The position numbers and the translations under genes are program-made. Shown here piece after piece: positions 1-10,971 of a DNA stretch of 45,436 nucleotides; the stretch's first letter is position 1; the number at the start of each line of letters is the position of its first letter. The notes beneath the pieces are model-generated. The model did not search any database. It was not told the origin of the DNA and saw nothing but the letters and a program-made list of their open reading frames with translations. Origin of the DNA: Octopus bimaculoides (Eukaryota); NCBI RefSeq assembly GCF_001194135.2, contig NC_068990.1, forward strand, positions 46,948,510 to 46,993,945, read 5' to 3'.

Positions 1-21
1 GTTGTTGTTCGCAAACAGCAG

Positions 22-192
22 CAGTAGTTTTCTTCAGCTGAATAGACGTCATTGATTGGTTAAAATTACCTAAATACGATAGATTTAACACAAAATAACT
101 TCTAAAATACTAAACTTTGTCAAAAGTTTTAGGAGTAAACCCTGTTCTATATACACATTCTGCTAGTATCCGAAGTTTCAAAGTGTTTAGTT
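22..192. repeat. Partial copy of an interspersed repeat (family E, possibly a MITE); second copy at 36383-36715
   Basis: agctgaatagacgtcattgattggtt (36-61) matches agctgaatagacgtcagtgattggtt (36397-36422) at 25/26. Similarity continues to aagtttcaaagtgttt. Confidence 0.7.
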
Positions 193-329
193 AAAAAAAA
201 ATAATTAAAAAATCTGTACGTCAGGGTGCGTCCGTTTTTTCAGGACCACCTTTCAAGAGCTCTAACTTTCTTCTAACCTATTTTTTACTTCTTTTAATAA
301 ACAAGCCAAGAATCAAGTTCACTCAACAA

Positions 330-1143
330 ATGAAAAGGTACACTGTAATCGTTGCCTTAAAAGCGAAGCATAGTGATACAGAGATGGCTCGCTTCCTGAA
401 AGTTGTCGAATCCTTCGTTGTGAAAGTTCGAAACGAGTTGGAAGCTGTGTGCGGGGATGCTATATCTCAACACATCCTAATAACCATCAGAATTCACAAC
501 TTTGTACTTGAAGTCCGAGAAATAATCAATAAATTCCTCGGTAAGTTAATCGATCATTGCAAATGGCCTCGTTTCAGAGTGCACCATGAGGACATCCGGT
601 ACAAGTCGTATGTGATACGGAGGGATAATTTTATGTTGGATGTGACAAGAGAGAAAAGTTCGATTGGTGTGAAGCGCTTGCTAAACAAGTTAAAAGACTA
701 AGAAGCTGGAGTGCTTTGGTTTTTCTCCTATGAGAAAAACTTCGATTGGGACTAAAAGATAAACTGAATGAACAAGAGATGGTTACGCAGGGAAACGAAT
801 GAGTTTCCAACAGTCATGCATACTAAGTTCCCGACAACTGTGATGGTCTGTGAGTCACGAGCAATGGGGGGGGGATGTCACACCTCACCACTTTTTTATC
901 AGAGGGCTTAAGTATCAATGCCGCTGTTTACACAGAGGTGTTGGAGAAAGTTGTGAGGATTTGGATCGACAAAGTACACAATGGAAGACTGCACATCTTC
1001 CGACAAGTCTCTGCATTGTGTGACAAGGCTAGGACAACCCAAGCGTATATGCGTGTCAGTTTCCATGATCATGCTTTCCCGGACACATGGCTTCCTAGGT
1101 CACCAGAACTTAATCCACTGGATTATTACGTATGGTGCGTAGT
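330..1143 (+). pseudogene. Degenerate Tc1/mariner-superfamily transposase, DD37D (maT) family
   Basis: ORF 330-701 continues in frame past stops (699, 753, 765) into LWFFSYEKNF...VMHTKFPTTVMV. After a frameshift near the poly-G at ~866-874 it reads FRQVSAL...WLPRSPELNPLDYYVW. There are 37 codons between the second catalytic position (GTC, 1007) and the third Asp (GAT, 1121). Confidence 0.9.
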
Positions 1144-1860
1144 CGATATACATATGAACGTATATTGTTACACCTCGATTAGTGTTCTACATAAGTTCCT
1201 AAAATATGTAGCTCTAAATGAATTTATTGTGATATAGCATAAATAGAGTTACAAAAGTGCTCGGCTATTTTTAACAATGATACAACACAAAAGAAAGTGA
1301 TAAAAATTGCCAAGCGACAGAAGAATTCAGAGATTCGTAGTCGCACCCTTTTAAGCATTTAATACTTTTAGATAAACCACGTAATGTGTTGTTAACCGAT
1401 TATGACATACAGGGCTGATGAAATTACAATATTAGAAAGTAAGATTAAGGTCAATTTTATTGTAAAATTATGAACCAGTTTTAAATGACTTGAGTCATGG
1501 GTGCGCAGGCCTACTCACTAGTAATTCAGTTAAAAAGAAGCCGTGAAAAATAGGACAGCAAACGCTATATCTATGACAAACAAGCAAGTTGTGATTCTTC
1601 TTGGTGTACTGGTTACTTTTGGAAGGATGCACCTGATATTGTCAGCGTTTGCTTGAGGCTTCTCTCACACAGTAATTCAGGACAGCAGGTTACCATGGCT
1701 AGAACACCCCTCTTTGATGGTCTATCACTTCTATAATTCTGATGTGCTCGTTTTGGATACTTAGACTCCAGGGTGGTTCTAATCATTGATGTAGCCCAGT
1801 TGAAAGACTTACCCATTAAACCTACGGTTCCCTAGCTTCAAATCACCTCGCCTTAATACT

Positions 1861-2010
1861 TAAGGCGGCAAACTGGCAGAGTTGTTAAAGAGTTGGGCAG
1901 AATGGGTCGGCGTATGTGTCCCGATTCTCAGTACTCGGGTTTCAAATCATGATGAAGTCAAGTTTACCAGTCGTCTTTGCAGGTCGATAGAAAAGTACCA
2001 ATCCGATGGG
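1861..2010 (+). mobile_element. SINE family A (Pol III type), degenerate copy
   Basis: taaggcggcaaactggcagagttgtt head, ggtttcaaatc B-box-like motif and aagtacca body motif shared with the other family A copies. Confidence 0.65.
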
Positions 2011-2537
2011 ATAGATTAGTGGAGCTGAAAGAACGTCAGACTGGATGCCTTGCAGTATTTGTTCCGGCTCTTGGTGTTCTGGGTTAAAATCCTGCCATGG
2101 CCTATGTGGGTGGTAAACTTAGCTAATCGCCAAGTTTAACACCACCCCGGTTACTTCGCTTCGTCTGTTCATTACCGGTTCATCAGTAGTCAGAGAGAGA
2201 GAGAGGAGGGGGAGGGAGATAGAGAAGGAGAGAGGGGAGAGGGAGTGAGAGCGAAGGAGAGAGACAGAATAAGAGAGAGAGTGGGTAGCATACAACTACT
2301 TATAAAAATATATTGATACTATAGATAACACAACTCTAAGAATCCGACGAACATCAATGAAGAACTTATCTCATTAATGTCGCCCCATAAAGCCACAGAC
2401 AATATCAGCAATCGGGCCCGAAAATGGTGTAAATAGCGATAATTCAAAGCAGCAAGGATTACATATAAATAAAACAATTGCCTATATGTACATATTATAT
2501 CTAATTATTTCTATGAAAATATCAGTACATGCTTCCA

Positions 2538-2750
2538 GAGGTGGCGAACTGGTAAAATCATTACTGCTCTGGGCAAAATGCTTAGCAGCATTTCTACTGA
2601 CCGATTACGGTCTGAGTTCAAATTTCGCTGAGGCTGACTTTGCTTTCATCCTCTTGGGTTCAATAAAATAAGTACCAGCTGAGCACTGGGGCCGACGTGA
2701 TCAACTTACCCAGTCCCTGGAAATTGCTGGCCTTAAGCCAAAATTTGAAA
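2538..2750 (+). mobile_element. SINE family A, near full length
   Basis: ggtggcgaactggtaaaatc head, ctgagttcaaatt B-box-like motif, tttcatcc..aataagtaccag body, ggccttaagccaaaatttgaaa tail. Confidence 0.8.
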
Positions 2751-2986
2751 TGATATTAGTTCATGCTTGGTAAAATTCTAGTAATTTTGGAACCTATCTC
2801 ATATAATAACAATATAATTTGGTCTTATTTCGTACCTTTTCATTGGATTATTTTGTTTTATTCATCTGCCTGTCAGCATCATCATTGCTGTACGGAAACT
2901 GTAAGCTTTTGAATAATTTTGCAGAACAAAAAAATTAAATTTTACTGATTCGATTGGATAAGATGTGGTGGAACTGTTCTTCGGTT

Positions 2987-2989
<3 letters not shown>

Positions 2990-3026
<37 letters not shown>

Positions 3027-3085
3027 CGCGTGCGTGTGTGTGTGCGTGCGTACGTGTGAGTGTATGCATGTACGTATATATATAT
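2990..3085. repeat. (GT)n/(GC)/(TA) compound microsatellite
   Basis: Direct inspection. Confidence 0.95.
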
Positions 3086-3236
3086 CACTACTTTAGCTTT
3101 TGAGATTTTGTATATTTATCCCGCGCCAAAAAAAAGTAGCAATTGCCTCCCCTGTCCCGAATAATATCGATCACCAATTACCTCCCCTTATATTTTTCTA
3201 CTTGTTGATTCATTCACAAACTTCCTTCCAAGAGAA

Positions 3237-3647
3237 NNNNNNNNNNNNNNNNNNNNNNNNNNNNNNNNNNNNNNNNNNNNNNNNNNNNNNNNNNNNNNNN
3301 NNNNNNNNNNNNNNNNNNNNNNNNNNNNNNNNNNNNNNNNNNNNNNNNNNNNNNNNNNNNNNNNNNNNNNNNNNNNNNNNNNNNNNNNNNNNNNNNNNNN
3401 NNNNNNNNNNNNNNNNNNNNNNNNNNNNNNNNNNNNNNNNNNNNNNNNNNNNNNNNNNNNNNNNNNNNNNNNNNNNNNNNNNNNNNNNNNNNNNNNNNNN
3501 NNNNNNNNNNNNNNNNNNNNNNNNNNNNNNNNNNNNNNNNNNNNNNNNNNNNNNNNNNNNNNNNNNNNNNNNNNNNNNNNNNNNNNNNNNNNNNNNNNNN
3601 NNNNNNNNNNNNNNNNNNNNNNNNNNNNNNNNNNNNNNNNNNNNNNN
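3237..3647. other. Assembly gap. Other gaps: 5291-5300, 9366-9898, 17663-18478, 19199-19468, 21877-22557, 22974-23179, 24937-25766, 35601-35618, 35971-36280, ~41996-42587
   Basis: Runs of N; most abut (TA)n or (CA)n tracts. Confidence 0.99.
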
Positions 3648-3683
<36 letters not shown>

Positions 3684-3689
3684 ATACAT

Positions 3690-3720
<31 letters not shown>

Positions 3721-3759
3721 CATGTGTATATATACATATGTATAAATACCTGCCTCTGC

Positions 3760-3790
<31 letters not shown>

Positions 3791-3796
3791 TGTATA
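3648..3796. repeat. (TA)n/(TACA)n/(TATG)n microsatellite
   Basis: Direct inspection. Confidence 0.95.
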
Positions 3797-3799
3797 CAC

Positions 3800-4162
3800 T
3801 GCGTGGTACGAAGATTGCTTCCCAACCACAATTTCTGAGCTAAGTCCTATTGCGTGACACCTTGATCGACCAAAGCCTTATAAATGGATTTGGTGGACGG
3901 AAACTGAGATAAGCCCATCGTATTTATATATGTATGTATCTATGTGTTTGTGTCTGTGTTTGTCCCCCACACCTCCTGACAACCGGTGCTGATATTTTTA
4001 CGTCCCCGTAACTTAGCGGTTCTGCGAAAGAATGGATAGATAAAGTACTAGGCTTTAAAAAATATGACCTGTTGGTCGATTTATTCGAGTAAAAACCTTG
4101 AAGGTGGTGCCACAGCATGGCTGCAGTCAATTGACTGAAACAGAAAAGATAAAAGATAAAAA
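3800..4162 (+). mobile_element. SINE family C with internal microsatellite, near full length
   Basis: 5' half gcttcccaaccaca...gaccaaagcctt...ggaaactga matches the minus-strand copy at 45064-45215. 3' half ...cagcatggctgcagtcaattgactgaaac matches 33415-33630 (minus) and 8958-9025. Confidence 0.8.
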
Positions 4163-4164
4163 TA

Positions 4165-4343
4165 CGCACATACATACATACATACATACATACATACATA
4201 CATACATACATACATACATACATACATACATACATACACACGTGCGTACGTACATACATAGATATACATAACTATCAGTGTACATTTATGTATGTGCTTC
4301 TGTGCATGTGTATGTGTGTGTGCGTGTGTGTGTGTGTGCTTGC

Positions 4344-4374
<31 letters not shown>

Positions 4375-4400
4375 CACGCGCACACATGTACATGGACTAC
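4165..4400. repeat. (CATA)n then (GT)n microsatellites
   Basis: Direct inspection. Confidence 0.95.
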
Positions 4401-4879
4401 CAGCTCATGGGTGTTATGTAAAAGTCTGTCGCTAGTATATCACTGTGTATTATTACTGGCAGTATATTTTCTCTCATATTGCTGCAGAAGGAAATTTAGA
4501 CAATAAGCGATGCATCAATTGAAAGTATTAATATTACCTGATATCCGGAATGTAATTGTTTCCCATCTGCTTAACACAATTGCTAGGCTCCAGGCCTTAT
4601 AAAATATAACAAAAACGGTTCCCGACGGCATTTGTTTTGTCAACACCAGGGCCAGAAAATACCTTTGATTTACCTAGGTATTTGTTGATCCTCTATAAAG
4701 CACATGTATGACAATACACAGCTCAGTGTTGACTAGGAGAAAGTGCTATATTTATGATGTATATATTATACGACAGTATCGTTTCGCTGTGCAGTTATGC
4801 AGTTGTATTGTTCATTCTATTGTGAAAATTTCAATCGTTTCTAATTCCAATCTTAATTGCTAAGCTCGACAATCTTGTT

Positions 4880-5185
4880 TGCATTTATAACTCTCAGCAA
4901 CATAAAATATTCACCAACACACAAAAGCATCCAACACATAAGACCCATCAATACAAAATATTTGCCAATCAATGCTCTGCATTTATAAACACGAAACATT
5001 CAGTAAAAATGACTCATAATACACCCACCAACACACAGCACATAACAGAACATTCACCGGTACATCAACACACAACACATCAACAGTACATAACACCCAA
5101 CAACATAGAGCACCCTACAACGCACAACATTCACCAACACACATCAACTCACAACACTCACTAAAACACATTTCACACAAAAAAC
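4880..5185. repeat. Degenerate CA-rich low-complexity or minisatellite tract
   Basis: Recurrent aacattcacc / caacacacaac motifs; aaaacacatttcacacaa recurs at ~6283-6300. Confidence 0.6.
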
Positions 5186-5218
5186 CTTTATATATATATA
5201 TTTATGTGTATATATATA

Positions 5219-5566
5219 GTAAGGTCCATTTGCCAACGTAAAGTGACAGTCTTGAATAGGAGGATGTTACTACTGTTTAGCCCACCCACCNNNNNNNNNN
5301 TTTTCCGGATGGTTACCAACACATCATGTGTGTCTGTATACTGTGAGCAAGGGAGCTAATGCTCCCCATTCAACCTTAGCGATACCTGCAGACCAATGGT
5401 TTCCGGATTATTTGTCTTCCTCGGTGCAGAACAATTGCTGGCTAGAGATGGTAGTGATTCACCTCGCTCACAGGATATACTTTTCAAGTGACACACAGTC
5501 ACAGATCTCGTAAAGAGAAAAACAACAATTTTTAATCTTTCTGAGCGAGAAATATGTAATAACAGT

Positions 5567-5570
<4 letters not shown>
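5219..5570 (-). repeat. Repeat R, single ~350-bp monomer between (TA)n tracts (candidate retrozyme or Penelope-like terminal repeat)
   Basis: Colinear with 10741-10971 joined to 12870-12990, and with 12991-13182. Shared motifs: atttgccaac, gagcaagggag, gaccaatggtttc, tcctcggtgc, gctagagat, gatctcgtaa. Confidence 0.8.
5385..5430 (-). ncRNA. Type I hammerhead-ribozyme-like motif (copy 1)
   Basis: Minus strand reads tctgca CCGAGGA agacaaataatccg GAAA cc att gg TC tgcagg. Stem I is ctgca/tgcag, stem III is acc/ggt, and the cleavage triplet is GUC. Deviations: U4 is C, and stem II is poor in this copy. Confidence 0.45.
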
Positions 5571-5632
<62 letters not shown>

Positions 5633-5633
<1 letters not shown>

Positions 5634-6260
5634 ATAATTAAGGGCACAGAAAAAATCTTGCCTACCTGCTGAAAAGAGACGCTAAATCGTCTAACCAGTT
5701 TAAGTCATCACAAAATTATACACGTGTTGAAATCGAGGAGGTAAGCTAACGAAACTCATACAAATCCAGTTAACTCTGGATTGATCAGTTTCTGGATTAA
5801 CCTAATGGCTTTTCCTCGTCAGCAGACCATACTTGGGGAAATGAATGAGACATTTATACATACCCACAGAAAAGCAAACGCAAATCCAACACTACATATG
5901 AATACCACAAATACATCCGCATCAACTTTCGTACCCTGCATCAGCACGTATGTATACGGTCAGAGTAGTTCATAAGTGACTTGATTGTCCCGAAGTGAAA
6001 GGAAATTATTTAGTTATAAAATAAAGGATAAAATCGTTAAAAATTATATTAGGATCCAGCATATAAAAATTGACCTATTAAAGTGAAATAACATATATAA
6101 TTATAATCAAGGACATAGAAAAAATCTTGCCTGTGCTGAAAAGAGTTGCTAAATCGTCTAACCTTTTAAAATCATCACAAAATTACATACGTGCTGAAAT
6201 CGAGGGAGTAAGCTAACGGAAATTCATAAAAATACAGTTGGCTTTTCCTTGTCATCAGTC
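5633..6260. repeat. Pair of local direct repeats (5633-5825 and 6103-6260)
   Basis: Both contain agaaaaaatcttgcct, gctgaaaagag, gctaaatcgtctaacc, atcacaaaatta, gtaagctaacg and ggcttttcc(t/c)(t/c)gtca. Confidence 0.85.
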
Positions 6261-6304
6261 GTAGAAAACACAACATACAACTCAAAACACATTTCACACA
6301 AGAA

Positions 6305-6448
<144 letters not shown>

Positions 6449-7669
6449 TACCTCCCAACCCCTAACTCTCGTCACCCCTATCTCACCTCGTACCTGTATG
6501 CATTCCCCCCAACACAGTATTCACTCCAAACAGCACGCAAAATGCACATGCACATAACACGCCTGAACACATTCAATATTCACACGCACACAACACGCAT
6601 AAATACATACGACATTCACACATAAACATACACAATACACATGTACACTATAGGGTTACACACGTACGCACTCGTGCAGACACCACTCAAACAAGCAATC
6701 ATCAACTGCTACACACCAGCGTTTACACACGCACACACATACACGCACACACACACGCACGCACACACACACACACACACACACATGATAGCCTCACACA
6801 CATACACAGTCTCATACACATATACACATGTCCATACGCACACGCGACCCACGTACAAATACGCGAAACGCACATCACTCCACAAAATGCACTCACTAGG
6901 TTACTTATACACACGCTCCCACACGCACACAAAGACCCACATAATTTAAAACTCGTCCCCGCATACATTCACACGCACTCGTCCCATTCACACATATGTA
7001 CTCACACACACCATCCTCACATACACACACGTGCTTGCGCACCTTAGTTCAGTCAGATCACCGTTATTATCTCCTTTTCACTGAGCCTCTTTCTTCTGGT
7101 CATTTTATCATGTTGAGCCGTTACTCCCTGTACATTCTCCCCTTTCCTTACCCTTTTTCTGACTCCATTTTTTCCCTCTCAGTCCTGTCTGTCGAAGAGC
7201 ATAGTCTCGAATCGTCAAACACTTTTCCATTCTTCCCGAACGTTAAACTAATACACCCATTTGTTGTTCCCTCACTTGTCTTCGACTTTTGTTTTCTGTA
7301 ATGTTGAACTATATATATATATATAAGGTCCTGGTAGGGTAGAAAGATAGGGTATTTCCAATACAGCACTAGACTATCAACACTGCTGGAATCCAGACTA
7401 ATATCCAAATTCTTCAGGTGAAGAAAATCCTGGTTTCACGGCGGTAAAACCGTCGTGTTGGTTTTTGGGTTGAAGAGAAGATACACTCCGAATAAGGAGG
7501 CATAGAAAGACGTTAACACATCTTAAATGATGTTACAACTGCTTCTGTACCAACTCTGCTTTTAACACCAGTCCACGCAAAATTTCAAAGTGAAAATTTA
7601 CGTAATATTTGCGGTTGCATGTATGTATGTATGTATGTATTATATACATAAACTGACTTCAAGGGTCGG

Positions 7670-8545
7670 CCAAGGCGTGTCTGCTCTCTTCTCATCTTTA
7701 TGCCTGCGAGACCTGGGTCACATATCGATACCACTTTAAACAAATGGAACGTTTCCATCAGATGTGTCTCAGACGGATCTATGGCATTAAGTGGGAGGAC
7801 CGCATCAGTGATCTTGAGATATTGGAAAGCTCTCCGTGTGTAAGTATAGAAGGTCTTGTGTTGAAGCAAAGGCTCAGATGGTGTGGTCATCTGATCAGGA
7901 TGAAAGATTCAAGGATGCCAAAATAACAATTTTATGGAGAGTTAGCTAAAGGAGAACGACCTCGACACAAAGCAAAAAAGAGGTAGAAAGACTGGCTGAA
8001 GGCTACCTTGAGAGATGCTAGCATCTCTCCTGACACATGGGAGGGCATAGCTATTGACCGTAGCAGGTGAAGAAGGATTGTTCATGAGGAGACAGCTACT
8101 TTTGAGAAATCCCGAGTTGCGCACGAGAAAGTTAGGAGGGATGTCAGGAAAGACATCGCTGTTGCACTTCCAGACGGTAAGGGTTTTCCTATGACGCTGA
8201 CAGTAAATCTGGACTCAAGAGTCATCTTCGTAGTCATAAAGCGAGACCGATGATTGATAACCAGGCCGCTGGTGGTGGTGCTACACACCATACTAATCAT
8301 ATCTGTTAGGCATGTGGAAGGGAGTATAATTCGCCGGGAGGACTTAAACGACATGCAAAGGCACATGAAGCCCAGTTACAACTACAGCCGGCTATTGCCG
8401 GTAAAGGTTTTAGGTGCCAATTCTGTACAAGACATTGTAGATCTTTAGCTGGGCTAAAAAGTCACTTTCCATCACAGCATCGATAACAGCTAAGACTCGT
8501 GCAATGGCCATACTCGATAACGAGGGGAGCAGCTATTATATACAT
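7670..8545 (+). mobile_element. 5'-truncated RTE-clade LINE (degenerate ORF2 C-terminus with C2H2 fingers, plus 3' UTR)
   Basis: LYACETWVTY...ERFHQMCLRRIYGIKWEDRI...LRWCGHLIRMKDSRMPK*QFYGEL is the typical post-RT region of RTE. It is followed by finger motifs at 8202-8486. Confidence 0.85.
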
Positions 8546-8594
8546 ATATCTTTTACGAAGGTGCATCTTTGGGTTTCTGCTTGTACCTCGACTG

Positions 8595-8745
8595 CTTCAC
8601 AACTAGTGCAAGTTCGGCAAAACGAGAACAATGCTGCAAGAAGAAAACATAGAATAAACACTTAGGTTCTTTTGTTTGTCTAAACCAATTTAGACAGTGC
8701 CACAACAGCGCAATGACTGAAACAAATCAGTAAACAAAAAATAAA
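8595..8745 (+). mobile_element. SINE family C 3' half, degenerate
   Basis: gttcggcaaaa ... caatgactgaaacaa tail. Confidence 0.45.
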
Positions 8746-8957
8746 CTCTTGCAAACGTGACATAATTTACATGGTCATTATTATGGTACCATAGGTTTCA
8801 TGTATTTCGTCGTTGCTTCATATCCTTCTCCATCTGTCTCTTACCTAGACTCACCTCTTCTTATATTTCAACCAATAAGATTAATAAACAAACAGCAACA
8901 ATTGACTTCATAATCACTGTCTTAATAATAATCTAAATTCACACACACACAGATACA

Positions 8958-9025
8958 AAGGCAGTGCCCCAGCATGACTGCAGTCAAATTACTGAAAAAG
9001 GTAAGAGAATAAAAGAATAAAAGAA
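8958..9025 (+). mobile_element. SINE family C 3' tail
   Basis: ggcagtgccccagcatgactgcagtcaaattactgaaa followed by (aagaata)n. Confidence 0.7.
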
Positions 9026-10146
9026 TATATAGAGGAAGAGAGAGAAAGAGAAAGAGAGAAAGAGAAAGAGAGAGAGATATCATCTGTATGCATCTGTCTA
9101 TCTATGTAGCTATTTATCTATCTATCTCTCTATCTCTATATATGTTTATTTACTTATACCCACGTATATAAGTATATATACACACAAAGAGGTACATATG
9201 CGAGTGTATATGTATATATATGTGTGTGTGTTTGTGTGCGTTTGCGTTTGCTTGTGTACATATATATTAGTGCGTATTTATGTATATTCATATATATATC
9301 TATACATACAGGCATACAAACATATATATATATATATATATATACATACATATATATATATGTATNNNNNNNNNNNNNNNNNNNNNNNNNNNNNNNNNNN
9401 NNNNNNNNNNNNNNNNNNNNNNNNNNNNNNNNNNNNNNNNNNNNNNNNNNNNNNNNNNNNNNNNNNNNNNNNNNNNNNNNNNNNNNNNNNNNNNNNNNNN
9501 NNNNNNNNNNNNNNNNNNNNNNNNNNNNNNNNNNNNNNNNNNNNNNNNNNNNNNNNNNNNNNNNNNNNNNNNNNNNNNNNNNNNNNNNNNNNNNNNNNNN
9601 NNNNNNNNNNNNNNNNNNNNNNNNNNNNNNNNNNNNNNNNNNNNNNNNNNNNNNNNNNNNNNNNNNNNNNNNNNNNNNNNNNNNNNNNNNNNNNNNNNNN
9701 NNNNNNNNNNNNNNNNNNNNNNNNNNNNNNNNNNNNNNNNNNNNNNNNNNNNNNNNNNNNNNNNNNNNNNNNNNNNNNNNNNNNNNNNNNNNNNNNNNNN
9801 NNNNNNNNNNNNNNNNNNNNNNNNNNNNNNNNNNNNNNNNNNNNNNNNNNNNNNNNNNNNNNNNNNNNNNNNNNNNNNNNNNNNNNNNNNNNNNNNNNTA
9901 TATACACACACATTTAGGTGTGGTGGGGGTTATAAATTTAACGACATGTGTAAACACAATTATATCTTGCTCCAGCTGATCAAAATTACATTCGCCCAGG
10001 CGACTTATTAATAAAATAACACATAGTTGTGTAGCCCCCGCCATTCGTTTTAGGCACTCTCCCCCAACATCACCACAGTAAGTCCTTATATAGTGACACA
10101 TCAGCGTTTATACAACCACACATATACACACACTGCGAACGCTCTC

Positions 10147-10183
<37 letters not shown>

Positions 10184-10727
10184 TGTGTGTATGGGCGAGT
10201 ATCTGTGAGCCTGTATATATGTATTATGATAAGTAGTAGTAGTAGTGGTGGTGGTTGTGGTGGTGGTGGTGGTGGTGGTGGTGATGAAATAATATTTAGA
10301 TACATTTAAGTCGACAAATCAGTGTAGGGTGGACAGGAGCCCCATTAATGTTGGAGATGATGCAGATGATGTTGGAGATGGTGACGATGTTGTATTGCTG
10401 GTCGTCGTGGTGGCGCTGATGGATGACGTTCAGAAACGGATGTTTGATTAAGGTTTGAAATTAATCTCACCAACCAAGATTTAACAACAAATGTTTATAT
10501 CTTAGTTATGAGTGATAGAAAACACGATGAAGTAGGTTCTAATTAACTGTAGTCTTCGTTTTCACTTTCTTTCTCTATTTCTTTCTTCTTTTTTTTGTAT
10601 CAAGAGCAGGTCTGCTTGATCGAGGGGTTCTATCATCTGAAACAGGGGTCCCGATTCACTTAGTAGTGAATCATTTGGTAATGAGCCGCGGCCTGCAAGG
10701 CGTTTTTGTATTATATATAATAAAAAC

Positions 10728-10971
10728 CATAATAACAGTTGTAAAATCTATTTGCCAACTTAAGGCGGTAGTCCTACGTAGGACCATGTTACTTCCTTTT
10801 AACTCCAGGAAAACATCTTTTCCAGATGGTTATCGAAACACAATCTATGTCTGAAATATATGGTGAGCAAGGGAGAGTACTGCTCCCCCCAGCTACTAGC
10901 AGTACCAAAACAGACCAATGGTTTCTGGGTAATTTCCCGTCCTCGGTGCTGGACAACTGCCGGCTTGAGAT
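10728..10971 (-). repeat. Repeat R, left part of the interrupted monomer
   Basis: Aligns to 5219-5450. It is preceded by ataataacagt, which matches the end of R at 5557-5566. Confidence 0.85.
10905..10952 (-). ncRNA. Type I hammerhead-ribozyme-like motif (copy 2)
   Basis: Minus strand reads ccagca CCGAGGA c ggg aaatta ccc a GAAA cc att gg TC tgttttgg. Stem II is ggg/ccc, stem III is acc/ggt, and stem I is agca/tgtt. Confidence 0.5.

Noticed and set aside
1340-1350. gtcgcaccct as a possible right TIR of the maT element (versus agggtgcgtc at ~223)
   Set aside because: Only about 8 matching bases, with no extended inverted match or TA duplication.
5345-5370. Resemblance of gagcaagggag...gctccc in R to U2 snRNA
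   Set aside because: No U2 5' end, branch-point recognition sequence or Sm site.
5720-5825. Hammerhead-like words (cgagga...gaaac; ctgacgag on the minus strand) in the local direct repeats
   Set aside because: Stems I and III cannot be formed consistently in both copies.
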